A stretch of DNA of 64,000 nucleotides, from contig JBFGLM010000002.1 in assembly GCA_041576165.1 (NCBI GenBank), positions 112,983 through 176,982 on the forward strand, in the 5' to 3' direction. Below the pieces are notes generated by a model. It saw only the letters and a program-made list of their open reading frames with translations. It did no database searches and had not been told where the DNA came from. The translations under genes were made by a program, and so were the position numbers. This document shows positions 46,699 to 56,643 of the stretch, piece by piece. The DNA comes from Acidimicrobiia bacterium. GTDB lineage: Bacteria; Actinomycetota; Acidimicrobiia; Spongiisociales; Spongiisociaceae. How positions within the stretch are numbered: position 1 is the stretch's first letter; each line of letters begins with the position of its first letter.

Positions 46699-47629
46699 GC
46701 TTCCGGCCAGCTACGGCGACACCACCGCCGAGTACCTTGCTGCCCGCGATGGCACCGGCACGGTCACGGGGGCGTCCGCGATTTTGTGGCTGGAAGGACC
46801 GGATGCAGTCTCTTTCCTCCAGGGCATCATCACCCAGGACGTGGAAGCGATGCTTCCGGGATCAGTGGCCCGCAGTCTGCTGCTCGAACCCCGCGGGAAG
46901 CTGACGGATGTCTTCTGGGTCCTACGGGGCGAGAATCGGGTGGGCATCATGACCGGGGCCGGGCGGGTCGCAGCCACTCGGGACGATCTCGCCCGCTGGA
47001 TGATCCGGGTGAAGGCCGAATTCCGGCTCGATGAGCGGACGGTGGTTGAGATCTGGGGCGCCGGCGCCCACTCCACTGCGGGCGCCGCCGGATTTGCGGT
47101 ACCCGACGGATGGACCGACAGCAGCGGCGTACTGTTGGCGACGGTGCCGCTCGGCACGCTGCCGCGCGTCGTCGTTGCCGGCCACGGGGATCCGATCCCG
47201 GGAACCACTCCTGTAGGCCTGATCGCAGCAACAACTGTCAGGATCGAAGCCGGTGAGCCGGCGGTCGGCGTGGACATCGATGAGAAGACCATCCCGCAGG
47301 AGGCCGGCATCGTCGATGAGGCGGTCTCGTTCGCCAAGGGCTGTTACCTCGGTCAAGAGCTCGTCGCCCGCATCGACACCCGGGGGCACGTAAACCGACA
47401 CCTGCGGGGCGTAGTGATCGGCACCAACATCATTCCGCCGGTCGGCGCTCGCGTCCTGGCGGGTGAGAAGGCGGTGGGCACGATCACGTCTGTCGGGGAG
47501 TCGCTGGAGGCTCGGGCTCCGGTAGCGATGGCGCTGATCCGGCGGGAGGTCGATCCGGGCGACGAGGTCACCGTCAGCTGGGAGGGTGGCGACGCACCTG
47601 CCGTCGTCCGTGACTTCCCCCTGGTGTGA
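46691..47629 (+). CDS. ygfZ: folate-binding protein YgfZ (GcvT-like)
   Basis: LEGPDAVSFLQG, RIEAG, KGCYLGQELVAR signature. Confidence 0.92.
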   Translation: MSELPASYGDTTAEYLAARDGTGTVTGASAILWLEGPDAVSFLQGIITQDVEAMLPGSVARSLLLEPRGKLTDVFWVLRGENRVGIMTGAGRVAATRDDLARWMIRVKAEFRLDERTVVEIWGAGAHSTAGAAGFAVPDGWTDSSGVLLATVPLGTLPRVVVAGHGDPIPGTTPVGLIAATTVRIEAGEPAVGVDIDEKTIPQEAGIVDEAVSFAKGCYLGQELVARIDTRGHVNRHLRGVVIGTNIIPPVGARVLAGEKAVGTITSVGESLEARAPVAMALIRREVDPGDEVTVSWEGGDAPAVVRDFPLV

Positions 47630-47711
47630 ACAGGCAGTCTTCTGCCGGGTAGCGACGCCAAGAGCAATTTGCCGGCGGGTCTATCTCGCGCCCCGTGCGG
47701 CAATAGAAAAC

Positions 47712-47740
47712 TTCACACTTCTCGAACATCCGCCGAACGT
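47712..47740 (+). promoter_or_regulatory. 11-bp-period direct repeats upstream of response regulator (possible autoregulatory site)
   Basis: TTCACAC-N4-CGAACAT-N4-CGAACGT. Confidence 0.4.
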
Positions 47741-47786
47741 TTTCTGGATAGGGCCGGTCGATCCTGGTCGCAACGCCAAGGGAGAG

Positions 47787-48464
47787 ATGACCGTGGGTGA
47801 ACGAGGTGTGGTACTTCTGATCGAAGACGAAGAGAGCATTGCCGAGATGCTGCGCTCGGTTTTCGAACGAGAGGGGTTTCGGGTAGCGCACAGCTACACA
47901 GGCCAGGGTGGGATCGACCGTATCCGCGAGGCACCTCCCCGGGTCGTGCTGCTCGACCTCAATCTGCCCGACATGGATGGCGTCGAGGTGTGCCGGAAGA
48001 TCCGCAGCACCTCCGATGTGCCCGTCATCATGCTCACCGCCCGCGATACCGAGATCGACAAGGTGGTCGGCCTGGAGCTGGGTGCCGACGACTACATCAC
48101 CAAGCCCTTTTCGCCCCGCGAGCTCGTCGCCCGTATCCGCTCGGTGCTCCGCCGCGCCGAAGACAAGCCTGTTGAGGTCGCCAGCGTCGAGGTCGCGGCG
48201 TACACCATCGACCGGGCCCGCCGTGAGGTGCGCTGGGGAGACCAGCTGGTCCGGCCCACCGCCAGGGAGTTCGACCTGCTGTGGTACCTCGCCGAAAACC
48301 GGGGGCTGGCATTGTCCCGCAATCAGATCTTGCAGGCCGTATGGGGCTACGACTACTTCGGCGAGACCCGCACCGTCGACGTCCACATCCGGCAGCTGCG
48401 CAAGAAGGTCGAGGGCATACCGATCGAGACCGTGTGGGGCGTCGGCTATCGCCTCGAAGGGTGA
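47787..48464 (+). CDS. OmpR/PhoB family response regulator
   Basis: LIEDE, LLDLNLP, MLTAR, GADDYITKPF, winged helix RTVDVHIRQLRKK..IETVWGVGYR. Confidence 0.96.
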   Translation: MTVGERGVVLLIEDEESIAEMLRSVFEREGFRVAHSYTGQGGIDRIREAPPRVVLLDLNLPDMDGVEVCRKIRSTSDVPVIMLTARDTEIDKVVGLELGADDYITKPFSPRELVARIRSVLRRAEDKPVEVASVEVAAYTIDRARREVRWGDQLVRPTAREFDLLWYLAENRGLALSRNQILQAVWGYDYFGETRTVDVHIRQLRKKVEGIPIETVWGVGYRLEG

Positions 48465-48467
48465 ATC

Positions 48468-49943
48468 GTGCGGCGCCGGATCTTCTGGAGCACGCTCGGG
48501 GTTGCCACCATCGCGCTGCTGTTGACTGGGATCCTGGTGACGATCATCGGTCAGGCGATCGTGTCGCAACAGACCCGGACCGAGATGCGCCGCCAGGCAG
48601 TTGCGGCACGCAGCCTTTTGGTCGACGAGCTCCAGGAGACCGAACAAGGTGGGCGGCTGCTAGCAGCGTTGCTTTCCGGCCGTGACACCGCCGAGGCGGC
48701 GGAGGCCCGCCGTCGCGTCCAAACTTTGATTGGCACGTCCCGCCGTCTGTTGGGTACCGAATTTTTCGATCTGGCGGTGGTCACCCCGGCGGGCGAGCTG
48801 GTGCTGTTGAGCGAGCGCCAGCGCGATCCGTTCGGATTCAACACCGACCTGATTGCGGCCGGTGAAGACCAGTTTCGCCGGATCGAGTCGGAAGACGGCC
48901 GGCCGGTCCTCGTGTATGCACTGCCGATCGACCGGGCCGCAACCGAGACCGGCCCCCGGCTGGTAGTGGTGGTCGCCCGTGAGTCTGCGCTGCTGGACTT
49001 CGGGGCCATCGTGCGAGGCATGGTGGCGGTGCTGGCCCTTTCCATCGGCCTCTCTGCCGTCGCCGCCCGGGTGCTGAGCCGTCGCGTATCGCGAGGTCTC
49101 GACAGCCTGGCCGCCGCCGCCCGCTCGCTGGCGGCCGGCGAGCTAGCCGCTCGAGCCTCAGTCGACGGTGACGACGAGATAGCCGCAGTGGCGAAGATCT
49201 TCAATGACACGGCCGACCAGCTCCAGGAGGCGCAAGAGCGAGAGCGCACGTTTCTCATGAGCGTCGGCCACGACGTGCGGACGCCGCTCACGACCATCGC
49301 CGGCTACGCGGAGATGCTGGAGGAGGGCGCCCTCGATCCGGACGAGACCACCCGGATCGCCACAGTCCTGTCGGCCGAAACGGGCCGGCTCCGTCGCCTG
49401 GTTGAGGACCTCATGTTGCTCGCCCGCCTGGAAGCGCGAGAGTTCACGCTCAACTACGAACAGGTGGACGTGGGGGCTCACCTGTCGGAGCTGGCGGACG
49501 GTTTCCGGCACCGAGCAGACGCCGCTCGGGTCAACCTGGTGGTCGACATCGAGCCGGCGGTGATCACAACCGATGCCGATCGGGTCGAACAAATCACGGC
49601 CAACCTGCTCGAGAACGCCCTGCGCTATACACCGGAAGCAGGAACTGCATCCCTGGTGGTGGCCCGAAACGGAACCGGCGTCCTGATTGAGGTGGCCGAC
49701 AGCGGGTCGGGCATCGACCCGGAGGACCTCCCGCACGTGTTCGACAAGTTCTACGTTGCGCGGAAATACCGCCGGGTGCGCCCCGAGGGCTCCGGTCTGG
49801 GTCTGTCGATCGTCAAGGAGCTGACCGACGCCCTCGACGGCGCCATCTCCGCCACGTCGTCAACGAGCGGCACCAGCATACGGGTGCATATCCCGTCGGG
49901 CGGCCAGGCGGAGAGTGCACCTGAACAACAGCTGCACGGGTGA
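48468..49943 (+). CDS. HAMP-domain sensor histidine kinase
   Basis: Two TM helices, HAMP, SVGHDVRTPLT H box, NLLENALRY, DSGSGI, GSGLGL. Confidence 0.96.
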   Translation: MRRRIFWSTLGVATIALLLTGILVTIIGQAIVSQQTRTEMRRQAVAARSLLVDELQETEQGGRLLAALLSGRDTAEAAEARRRVQTLIGTSRRLLGTEFFDLAVVTPAGELVLLSERQRDPFGFNTDLIAAGEDQFRRIESEDGRPVLVYALPIDRAATETGPRLVVVVARESALLDFGAIVRGMVAVLALSIGLSAVAARVLSRRVSRGLDSLAAAARSLAAGELAARASVDGDDEIAAVAKIFNDTADQLQEAQERERTFLMSVGHDVRTPLTTIAGYAEMLEEGALDPDETTRIATVLSAETGRLRRLVEDLMLLARLEAREFTLNYEQVDVGAHLSELADGFRHRADAARVNLVVDIEPAVITTDADRVEQITANLLENALRYTPEAGTASLVVARNGTGVLIEVADSGSGIDPEDLPHVFDKFYVARKYRRVRPEGSGLGLSIVKELTDALDGAISATSSTSGTSIRVHIPSGGQAESAPEQQLHG

Positions 49944-50008
49944 CCGGCGACATGTGACCACCGGGCCGCATGACGGCTGTGCCCCTACGGCTTCTATCCT
50001 GGCGGACC

Positions 50009-50779
50009 ATGCTGGACCAGATCATCTCGGACGTCCGGGCCGGACTCCCCGGGCTGCATGACCGCGCAGCCGAGGTGATGGCTGCGGCTGCGACGATGCC
50101 GCCTGCCCGAGGTTTTGCGGCGGCGCTGGCAGCGCCCGGACTGGCAATAATCGCAGAGATAAAGCGCGCTTCTCCCTCCCGTGGTGTGTTGGATGCCGAC
50201 CTCGACCCGGCGGCCCGCGCCGGCAGCTACGAGGAGGGAGGCGCCGCCGCTGTGTCCGTCCTCACCGAGCCACGATATTTCCACGGCGGCCCGGCCGACC
50301 TGGCGGTAGTGCGAGAGTCGGTTGCGGTGCCCGTGCTCCGGAAGGATTTCACCGTTGATGAACTACAGATCTGGGAGGCGCGGGCGATGGGAGCCGATGC
50401 GGTGCTCCTGATCGTTGCCGCCCTCAGTGCCGCGGAGGTCCGCCGGTTCCTGGAGGTGGCGGCCGCGGCCGGACTCGCCGCGCTTGTCGAGGTTCACAAC
50501 GAGGCCGAGGCCGAGATCGCGCTCGCCGCCGGCGCCACCATCGTCGGCGTCAACAACCGGGACCTGACCACCTTTGACGTTGATCTCGCTACCGCCGAAA
50601 AGATCGGACCGATTCTCCGGGATGCCTCGATCACAGTGGCTGAAAGCGGCATATTCACCCGTGACGATGCGCGGCGGATGGAGGCGGCCGGATACGACGC
50701 CATCCTGGTAGGCGAAAGCCTCGTGACCTCCGGCGATCCGGCTCGCGCCATCCGGGCACTTGCGGGGAGCGTGACGTGA
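50009..50779 (+). CDS. trpC: indole-3-glycerol phosphate synthase
   Basis: IAEIKRASPSRG, SVLTEP, LRKDF, LVEVH, GVNNRDL, AESGI. Confidence 0.97.
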   Translation: MLDQIISDVRAGLPGLHDRAAEVMAAAATMPPARGFAAALAAPGLAIIAEIKRASPSRGVLDADLDPAARAGSYEEGGAAAVSVLTEPRYFHGGPADLAVVRESVAVPVLRKDFTVDELQIWEARAMGADAVLLIVAALSAAEVRRFLEVAAAAGLAALVEVHNEAEAEIALAAGATIVGVNNRDLTTFDVDLATAEKIGPILRDASITVAESGIFTRDDARRMEAAGYDAILVGESLVTSGDPARAIRALAGSVT

Positions 50780-51378
50780 CCTGGGTCAAGGTGTGCGGCC
50801 TGACCGGCGCCGATCACGTGGCCGCCGCTCAAGCTGCTGGGGCCGATGCCGTGGGATTTGTGCTGGTCGAGGCATCGCCCCGATTCATCCCCATGGCCAC
50901 CGCGGGTCGCCTGATCGCCCAGACGACTGCGATGCCGGTGATTCTGACGCTGGACCTTCCCCCGCGGGACCTCGTCGAGCTGGCGGAGCAGCTGGGAGCG
51001 CAGGGGGTGCAACCGTACGGGAATCACGCCACCGAAGCCGCCGCAGCCGCGTCAGCCGCCGGCTTGCTCGTGCTGCGACCGGTCGCGGCCGGCGAGCTCC
51101 CTTCATTGGACGGCATTCCAGAAACGGAGATGCCGCTGATCGATCAGCGGTCCGGCGGCCGCCTCGGCGGCACCGGCGAGAGCTTCGACTGGGGGAGCCT
51201 TGCAAACGTTGACCGACGGTTCGTGCTGGCGGGCGGCCTCCACGCGGACAACATTGGACGGGCGGTATCCAGCGTGCGGCCATGGGGAGTGGACGCGTCA
51301 TCGGGCCTAGAGTCGTCGCCGGGCGTCAAAGACGTACGCCTGATCCAAGCCTTCGTGAAAGAAGCAAAACAAGCATGA
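50776..51378 (+). CDS. trpF: phosphoribosylanthranilate isomerase
   Basis: [40 protein letters not shown]. Confidence 0.95.
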   Translation: MTWVKVCGLTGADHVAAAQAAGADAVGFVLVEASPRFIPMATAGRLIAQTTAMPVILTLDLPPRDLVELAEQLGAQGVQPYGNHATEAAAAASAAGLLVLRPVAAGELPSLDGIPETEMPLIDQRSGGRLGGTGESFDWGSLANVDRRFVLAGGLHADNIGRAVSSVRPWGVDASSGLESSPGVKDVRLIQAFVKEAKQA

Positions 51379-52547
51379 AACTCCTGCAACCAGACGTGAG
51401 AGGCCGATTCGGCGACTACGGCGGCCGGTTCGCTCCCGAAACCCTCATGCCGGCGCTCGATGAGCTCACCGAAGCGTTCCGCGACGCCTGGTCGGACCGT
51501 GCGTTCGTAGACGAGTTTGAGTCGCTGCTGCACTCCTATGTAGGGCGGCCCACGCCGCTGCATCCGGCACACAGGTTGTCGTCCCAGCTCGGAGTGTCGG
51601 TGTTGCTGAAACGGGAGGACCTCGCTCACACCGGCGCCCACAAGATCAACAACGCGCTCGGCCAGGGTTTGCTCGCCCGTCGTATGGGCAAGCCCCGGCT
51701 GATAGCCGAGACCGGAGCCGGCCAGCACGGAGTCGCGGCCGCCACCGCCGCGGCATATCTCGGGCTCGAATGCTCGGTCTACATGGGCGAAAAAGACATT
51801 GAGCGCCAGCGACTGAACGTCTACCGCATGAAGCTGCTGGGGACAGAGGTCGTCCCGGTAGCAGCCGGGGCCGGCACGCTGAAAGATGCGGTCAACGAAG
51901 CCATGCGGGTCTGGGTGAGAACTGTCGAAGACACGCATTACATCATCGGTTCGGCCGTTGGGCCCCATCCGTTCCCGTGGATGGTGCGCGAGTTCCAGAA
52001 ATGCATCGGCGAGGAGAGCCTGGCCCAGCTGGGAGACGATTTGCCAGATGTGGTCGTCGCTTGTGTCGGGGGAGGCTCCAACGCGATCGGCATGTTCTAC
52101 CCCTTCGCCGGCGTCCCGGACGTCGAGCTGGTCGGGGTGGAGGCGGCCGGTTACGGGATCGCAAGCGGCAAGCACGGAGCGTCGATTGGGGCCGGTTCGC
52201 CCGGCGTCTTGCACGGCGCCCGAACCTATCTGCTGCAGGACGCCGAGGGTCAGGTACAGGAGGCCCACTCGATCTCGGCCGGCCTTGATTATCCAGGAGT
52301 CGGTCCGGAGCACGCCTACTTCCACGAGATGGGGCTGGCCAGGTACGAGTCGGTCACCGACGACGAGGCGCTGGAGGGAGTCGAGCTGCTGGCCAGCACC
52401 GAAGGCATCATCCCTGCATTGGAGTCGGCGCACGCCATTGCATGGGTGCAACGGGAGGCACCGAAGCTGCAGGGCAAAGTCGTGTTGGTCAATCTCTCGG
52501 GCCGGGGCGACAAAGATGTCGAGACGATCGCGGCCAAGATCGGATGA
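51375..52547 (+). CDS. trpB: tryptophan synthase beta chain
   Basis: [54 protein letters not shown]. Confidence 0.98.
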   Translation: MKLLQPDVRGRFGDYGGRFAPETLMPALDELTEAFRDAWSDRAFVDEFESLLHSYVGRPTPLHPAHRLSSQLGVSVLLKREDLAHTGAHKINNALGQGLLARRMGKPRLIAETGAGQHGVAAATAAAYLGLECSVYMGEKDIERQRLNVYRMKLLGTEVVPVAAGAGTLKDAVNEAMRVWVRTVEDTHYIIGSAVGPHPFPWMVREFQKCIGEESLAQLGDDLPDVVVACVGGGSNAIGMFYPFAGVPDVELVGVEAAGYGIASGKHGASIGAGSPGVLHGARTYLLQDAEGQVQEAHSISAGLDYPGVGPEHAYFHEMGLARYESVTDDEALEGVELLASTEGIIPALESAHAIAWVQREAPKLQGKVVLVNLSGRGDKDVETIAAKIG

Positions 52548-53344
52548 CGGCTGAGCGGCTCACCGACCTTTTCCGCGCGGTGCGTGCCGAGGGGCGCACG
52601 GCATTCCTGCCGTTCATGACTGCCGGTTTGCCGGACCCGGCCCACTCGATCGATGTATTCGTCGCGATGTCCGAGGCGGGTGCTGACGCGTTCGAGGTGG
52701 GGATCCCGTACTCCGATCCGTTGATGGACGGTCCCACCATTCAGGAAGGGAGTGCCCGGGCGCTGGCTCGAGGCATGACGCTCGAAAGCGGCTTCGAGGT
52801 GGCCGCGGCCGTTCACAGACGGACCGAGCGGCCGGTGCTCGTGATGTCCTATGTCAACCCGGTGTTCCAACTGGGCCCCAAAGCGTTCGCCGCGCGCGCG
52901 GCCGACGCCGGCGTGAGCGGGGTGATCATCCCCGATCTGCCGTTGGAGGAGTCGGCCGACGTCAAGGACGCGCTGCAGGCGGCCGGTCTCGGGATGGTGT
53001 TGTTCGCGGCGCCGACGACCGGTGACGCCCGCCTGGCGCAGATCGCCGACGCGGAGCCGGTGTTCATCTATGGCGTGGCCGAGATGGGGGTGACCGGGGA
53101 GCGGGAGGCGCAGTCGGCCCGGCCGGCCGCGCTGGCCCGACGGGTACGGGCGGCTACCGATGTGCCGTTGGTGATGGGCGTCGGTATCAGCACGCCGACG
53201 CAGGCGGCTGCGCTGCGAGAGCTGGCGGACGGGGTGATCGTGGGTTCGGCGCTGGTACGGCGGGTGCTCGAGGCATCATCCACCGACGCCGCCGCCCGGG
53301 CGGTAGGCGGCGCCGTAGAAGAAATCGCAGCAGCTCTCCGCTGA
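52544..53344 (+). CDS. trpA: tryptophan synthase alpha chain
   Basis: [39 protein letters not shown]. Confidence 0.97.
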   Translation: MTAERLTDLFRAVRAEGRTAFLPFMTAGLPDPAHSIDVFVAMSEAGADAFEVGIPYSDPLMDGPTIQEGSARALARGMTLESGFEVAAAVHRRTERPVLVMSYVNPVFQLGPKAFAARAADAGVSGVIIPDLPLEESADVKDALQAAGLGMVLFAAPTTGDARLAQIADAEPVFIYGVAEMGVTGEREAQSARPAALARRVRAATDVPLVMGVGISTPTQAAALRELADGVIVGSALVRRVLEASSTDAAARAVGGAVEEIAAALR

Positions 53345-53347
53345 ACC

Positions 53348-54514
53348 ATGAACCGGGCGCTCCCGTTCGCTGTGGCCGCGGCGGCGGTGCTCGTTTTCTC
53401 GATCTGGTACGGCAACACCACACCGCGGGTGCTCCAGCCCGATACGGCTGAAGATGCTGCCGACTTCCCCAACTACTACTTCGGCGGTGAACGGCTGCTG
53501 GAGGGCAGGGCCGTGTACGACCCGCTCACCCGTGAGATAGAGCAGACATTCTCCATACCGGCGTACGACACCTACCCGGCGGACCCCCCGTCGACGATCG
53601 CCTTGTTCGCGCCGTTCAGCCTGCTGTCATACCGGACGGCCTGGCTGGTGTGGTCGGCCGTCTCGATCCTGTTGCTGTTCGGGTCAATGTACGCCGTCGC
53701 GCGTGAGGTCGGGTATGCCGCACCGTGGGCGACCGCGATCGGCGCGGTTTCTCTCCTGACGAACCCGGCTCGCTTCCTCTTTACCCGCAACCACATGGAG
53801 ACCCTCTTGCTGGTTCTCGGCGTGGCAGGATGGCTCGCGCTGCGGCGGCGGCGGGATGCGGGGGCCGCGGTTGCGTTCGGTCTGGCAACGGGCCTGAAGC
53901 TCTTCCCCGGAATGTGGTTGCTGGGCCTGACCCGCCGCAACCTGCGGGCCGGTCTGCTCGGCTTCGCGATTGCCGCGGGTGCACTGGCCGCGGGCATGCT
54001 GATCCTTGGCCTGGACAACACCGGCACGTTCCTGACGGATGTCATCTCGCGGTCGCGGCGCTGGTATGGCAGCCTCGGTAACTACTCGCTCGTATCCTTC
54101 GGGACCGCCCTCGTCGGCGTGTGGTTTGGCTGGCTGCTGGTCGCCCTGGCCGTGCTCGTGCTGGTGCCGCGTTACCTCGCGCGGCCTCGCGATCCAGACA
54201 CCTTGTGGATTCTCGGGACGACTGCCGCCCTCCTCATCTCTCCCCTGTCGTGGATCAACTACCTGGTGCTGGCGTTGCCGGCGCTCGTGATCGTGTCATG
54301 CCGTATCAATTGGCGCCGCCCCCCGGAACGGATCGGCTTTCTGGCGGCGGTGGGAGCGCTGGCTTTTTGGGGACCGGTCGTTCTCGGGTCCGAGCTTCCG
54401 TCGGTCCTGGTGAGCTTCGTGCCCACCTATGCTCTGGTCGGTCTGTTCTTCTTTGTTGCGAGGGAGCGATCATGGCAGGAGACGTTGGAACGGCCCTCCC
54501 CGAATTCAGCCTGA
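53348..54514 (+). CDS. glycosyltransferase family 87-like (GT-C) membrane protein
   Basis: DFPNYY, VYD, DPPSTIALFAPFS, ATGLKLFP, NYSL, LISPLSWINY; multi-TM. Confidence 0.8.
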   Translation: MNRALPFAVAAAAVLVFSIWYGNTTPRVLQPDTAEDAADFPNYYFGGERLLEGRAVYDPLTREIEQTFSIPAYDTYPADPPSTIALFAPFSLLSYRTAWLVWSAVSILLLFGSMYAVAREVGYAAPWATAIGAVSLLTNPARFLFTRNHMETLLLVLGVAGWLALRRRRDAGAAVAFGLATGLKLFPGMWLLGLTRRNLRAGLLGFAIAAGALAAGMLILGLDNTGTFLTDVISRSRRWYGSLGNYSLVSFGTALVGVWFGWLLVALAVLVLVPRYLARPRDPDTLWILGTTAALLISPLSWINYLVLALPALVIVSCRINWRRPPERIGFLAAVGALAFWGPVVLGSELPSVLVSFVPTYALVGLFFFVARERSWQETLERPSPNSA

Positions 54515-54933
54515 CGGATGACTCCGGCAACACCGTCAGTTCGCACGAGGTCGCGCCGGGCAAATCGATTCTGTTCTTCTACCCAAAGGCCATGACGCCC
54601 GGGTGCACAGTGGAGGCGTGTGCGTTCCGGGACCGCCATCAGCGCTTCCTCGACGCGGGCTACCGCATCTTTGGGGTGAGCCCCGATCCGCCGGAGACGA
54701 ACGCCAAGTTCCGCGCAAAGGAAGGGCTGCCGTTTCCGCTGCTGTCCGATCCGGATCACGACCTGGCCGATCGGCTTGGCGCTTGGGGCATGAAGCAGAA
54801 CTACGGGAGAGAGTACGAAGGCCTGATCCGTTCCACCTTTGTCGTCGAAGGCGGCACAATCTCTCACGCGTGGCACAACGTGCGCGCCAAGGGCCACGTC
54901 GACCGGGTCGCTCGGGAGCTGGGAGTCGACTAG
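54472..54933 (+). CDS. bcp: peroxiredoxin, Bcp/PrxQ family
   Basis: FFYPKAMTPGCTVEAC, GVSPD, FPLLSD, IRSTFV; AGGGAG RBS. Confidence 0.94.
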   Translation: MAGDVGTALPEFSLTDDSGNTVSSHEVAPGKSILFFYPKAMTPGCTVEACAFRDRHQRFLDAGYRIFGVSPDPPETNAKFRAKEGLPFPLLSDPDHDLADRLGAWGMKQNYGREYEGLIRSTFVVEGGTISHAWHNVRAKGHVDRVARELGVD

Positions 54934-54957
54934 TCGAGGCTGCTGCTTCCGGTAGCT

Positions 54958-56643
54958 TCAGCCGCACCCATCCGGCAACCTGACGTGTTGGTTGACGGCC
55001 ACTGTGGGCACGAGCAGCGGGTCGGCCCGGCCGGGTGCATGGGCCACGAGATCGACTTCGGTCACATCGCCCAATCCGAAATGGGCAGCGTCAACGGCGC
55101 CGGCCGCGTACCCCTGGGACGCCACGATCTCCCCGAACCCGAGCAGGGCGGTCGGATCACCGGCCGACCCGGCAGCATAGACAGCCACCCTGGTCCCCGG
55201 TCCGCCGCCGTCGGCGACGTCGAACGAGACCTCGAGCCAGTTTCCGCTGTCCGACTTGTTGGAGAACAAGATGCTCGGCAACGCGGGCTCCCACTCGACC
55301 GCCAGGACGTCGAGGCGGCCATCCCGGTCCACATCGGCGGTTGGTGCCGTCACCCAATATTGGGGGCTCCCCAGGCCGTCCGGAGTCGAGAAATGCGGGA
55401 CGCCATCGATCAGGCCCTCACTGATGAACACCGCGGGGACGGTGCCGTTGCCTGCCGAGGCACTGGTAACGACATCCAGCCAGCCGTCGTTGTTGATGTC
55501 GGCCAGCTCCACATGGGGAGCCTTGGTGGGGAGGGGCGTCAGGCCCGCGGGACCTGTCACTTCTTCCAGGACCGGGTCGCCACCGACATCATCGGTGCGA
55601 TTGAGGAACAGCCGCACGGGCTGGGGACCGCCCCGGCCGAGCGTTGAATTGAAGTGCTGGCCCACAACGAGGTCGAGCTTTCCGTCCCGGTCGACGTCGC
55701 CCATGGCCGAACCCGCCACGTCGTCCTCTGCGCCGACCGGCTCCCAAGCGGTGACCTGGGCGTCCACCTCGCGCAGACCGGAGCCGGTTCCCACGAACAT
55801 GCGATTCGAGCCCGAAACGAACACGTCGGTGTATCCGTCCCCGTTGAGGTCGCCGGTGCTGATCCCCAGTCCGTGCACGCCCTGCGGCCAGCCGAGATCT
55901 GGTCCGGAATCTGAGAATCGCAGGCCCCCGAGGTTGCGGTAGAGGCGGCTGTTGCTGCCCGTGAACCGATCCTCCACGATGATCAGATCGAGCAGTTCGT
56001 CGCCGTCGACATGCAGAACCCCGACTGATCTTCCGCCGAGTTCGACTGCGAGGCCCGCGTCCGGTCTCTCTGTGAGCGATCCCTCGACGTTTTCGTAAAT
56101 CGACGACGCGGCCGAGGCGCCGTTACGGGAGACAACCAAGTCGTCATCGCCGTCCCCGTCGAGGTCGGCGAACGCGGCGCCACTCGTCCGCCCGAATGTC
56201 GATGGAAAAGACGGGTCGAGACTGTACTCGTCGCCGGACCGTGCCAACACCCGGTCCGGTGCAGGTCCGGCAGCCCCTCGCACCGCATAGACCTCGGCGC
56301 GGCGGTCGGCAAAGGTCCCGACCATCAGATCCTGGAAGCCGTCCCCGGAAACATCTCCCCAGGCGGCGGCGTGAGCGTGCATACCGGTCAGCGGCTCGAT
56401 CAGACCGAACTCGGCCGTGGCGTCCTCCCAGGCTGGTACTCCTGCGCCCGCCGCCGGCGCGGCCTTCCAGCAGCCGGCGGCGCTGGTCGCGGCTATGGCC
56501 GGGGCGGTGGCAGCAGTCGACGCCGGGACTGTTGTGGCGACCGGCTCGATCTCCTCGGGCCCCGCCGCAGGTGGGTCGGGATTCATCGAGCAGGCGGCGG
56601 CTGCGAAGAGCACCGCGACCAGCGCCGCCGGCGCGCGCTTCAC
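54958..56643 (-). CDS. FG-GAP repeat / ASPIC-UnbV (CRTAC1-like) lipoprotein
   Basis: Lipobox FAAAA-C; seven DxDGDGxxD-type loops; C-terminal SQGY...AHFGLG. Confidence 0.85.
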   Translation of the reverse strand: MKRAPAALVAVLFAAAACSMNPDPPAAGPEEIEPVATTVPASTAATAPAIAATSAAGCWKAAPAAGAGVPAWEDATAEFGLIEPLTGMHAHAAAWGDVSGDGFQDLMVGTFADRRAEVYAVRGAAGPAPDRVLARSGDEYSLDPSFPSTFGRTSGAAFADLDGDGDDDLVVSRNGASAASSIYENVEGSLTERPDAGLAVELGGRSVGVLHVDGDELLDLIIVEDRFTGSNSRLYRNLGGLRFSDSGPDLGWPQGVHGLGISTGDLNGDGYTDVFVSGSNRMFVGTGSGLREVDAQVTAWEPVGAEDDVAGSAMGDVDRDGKLDLVVGQHFNSTLGRGGPQPVRLFLNRTDDVGGDPVLEEVTGPAGLTPLPTKAPHVELADINNDGWLDVVTSASAGNGTVPAVFISEGLIDGVPHFSTPDGLGSPQYWVTAPTADVDRDGRLDVLAVEWEPALPSILFSNKSDSGNWLEVSFDVADGGGPGTRVAVYAAGSAGDPTALLGFGEIVASQGYAAGAVDAAHFGLGDVTEVDLVAHAPGRADPLLVPTVAVNQHVRLPDGCG

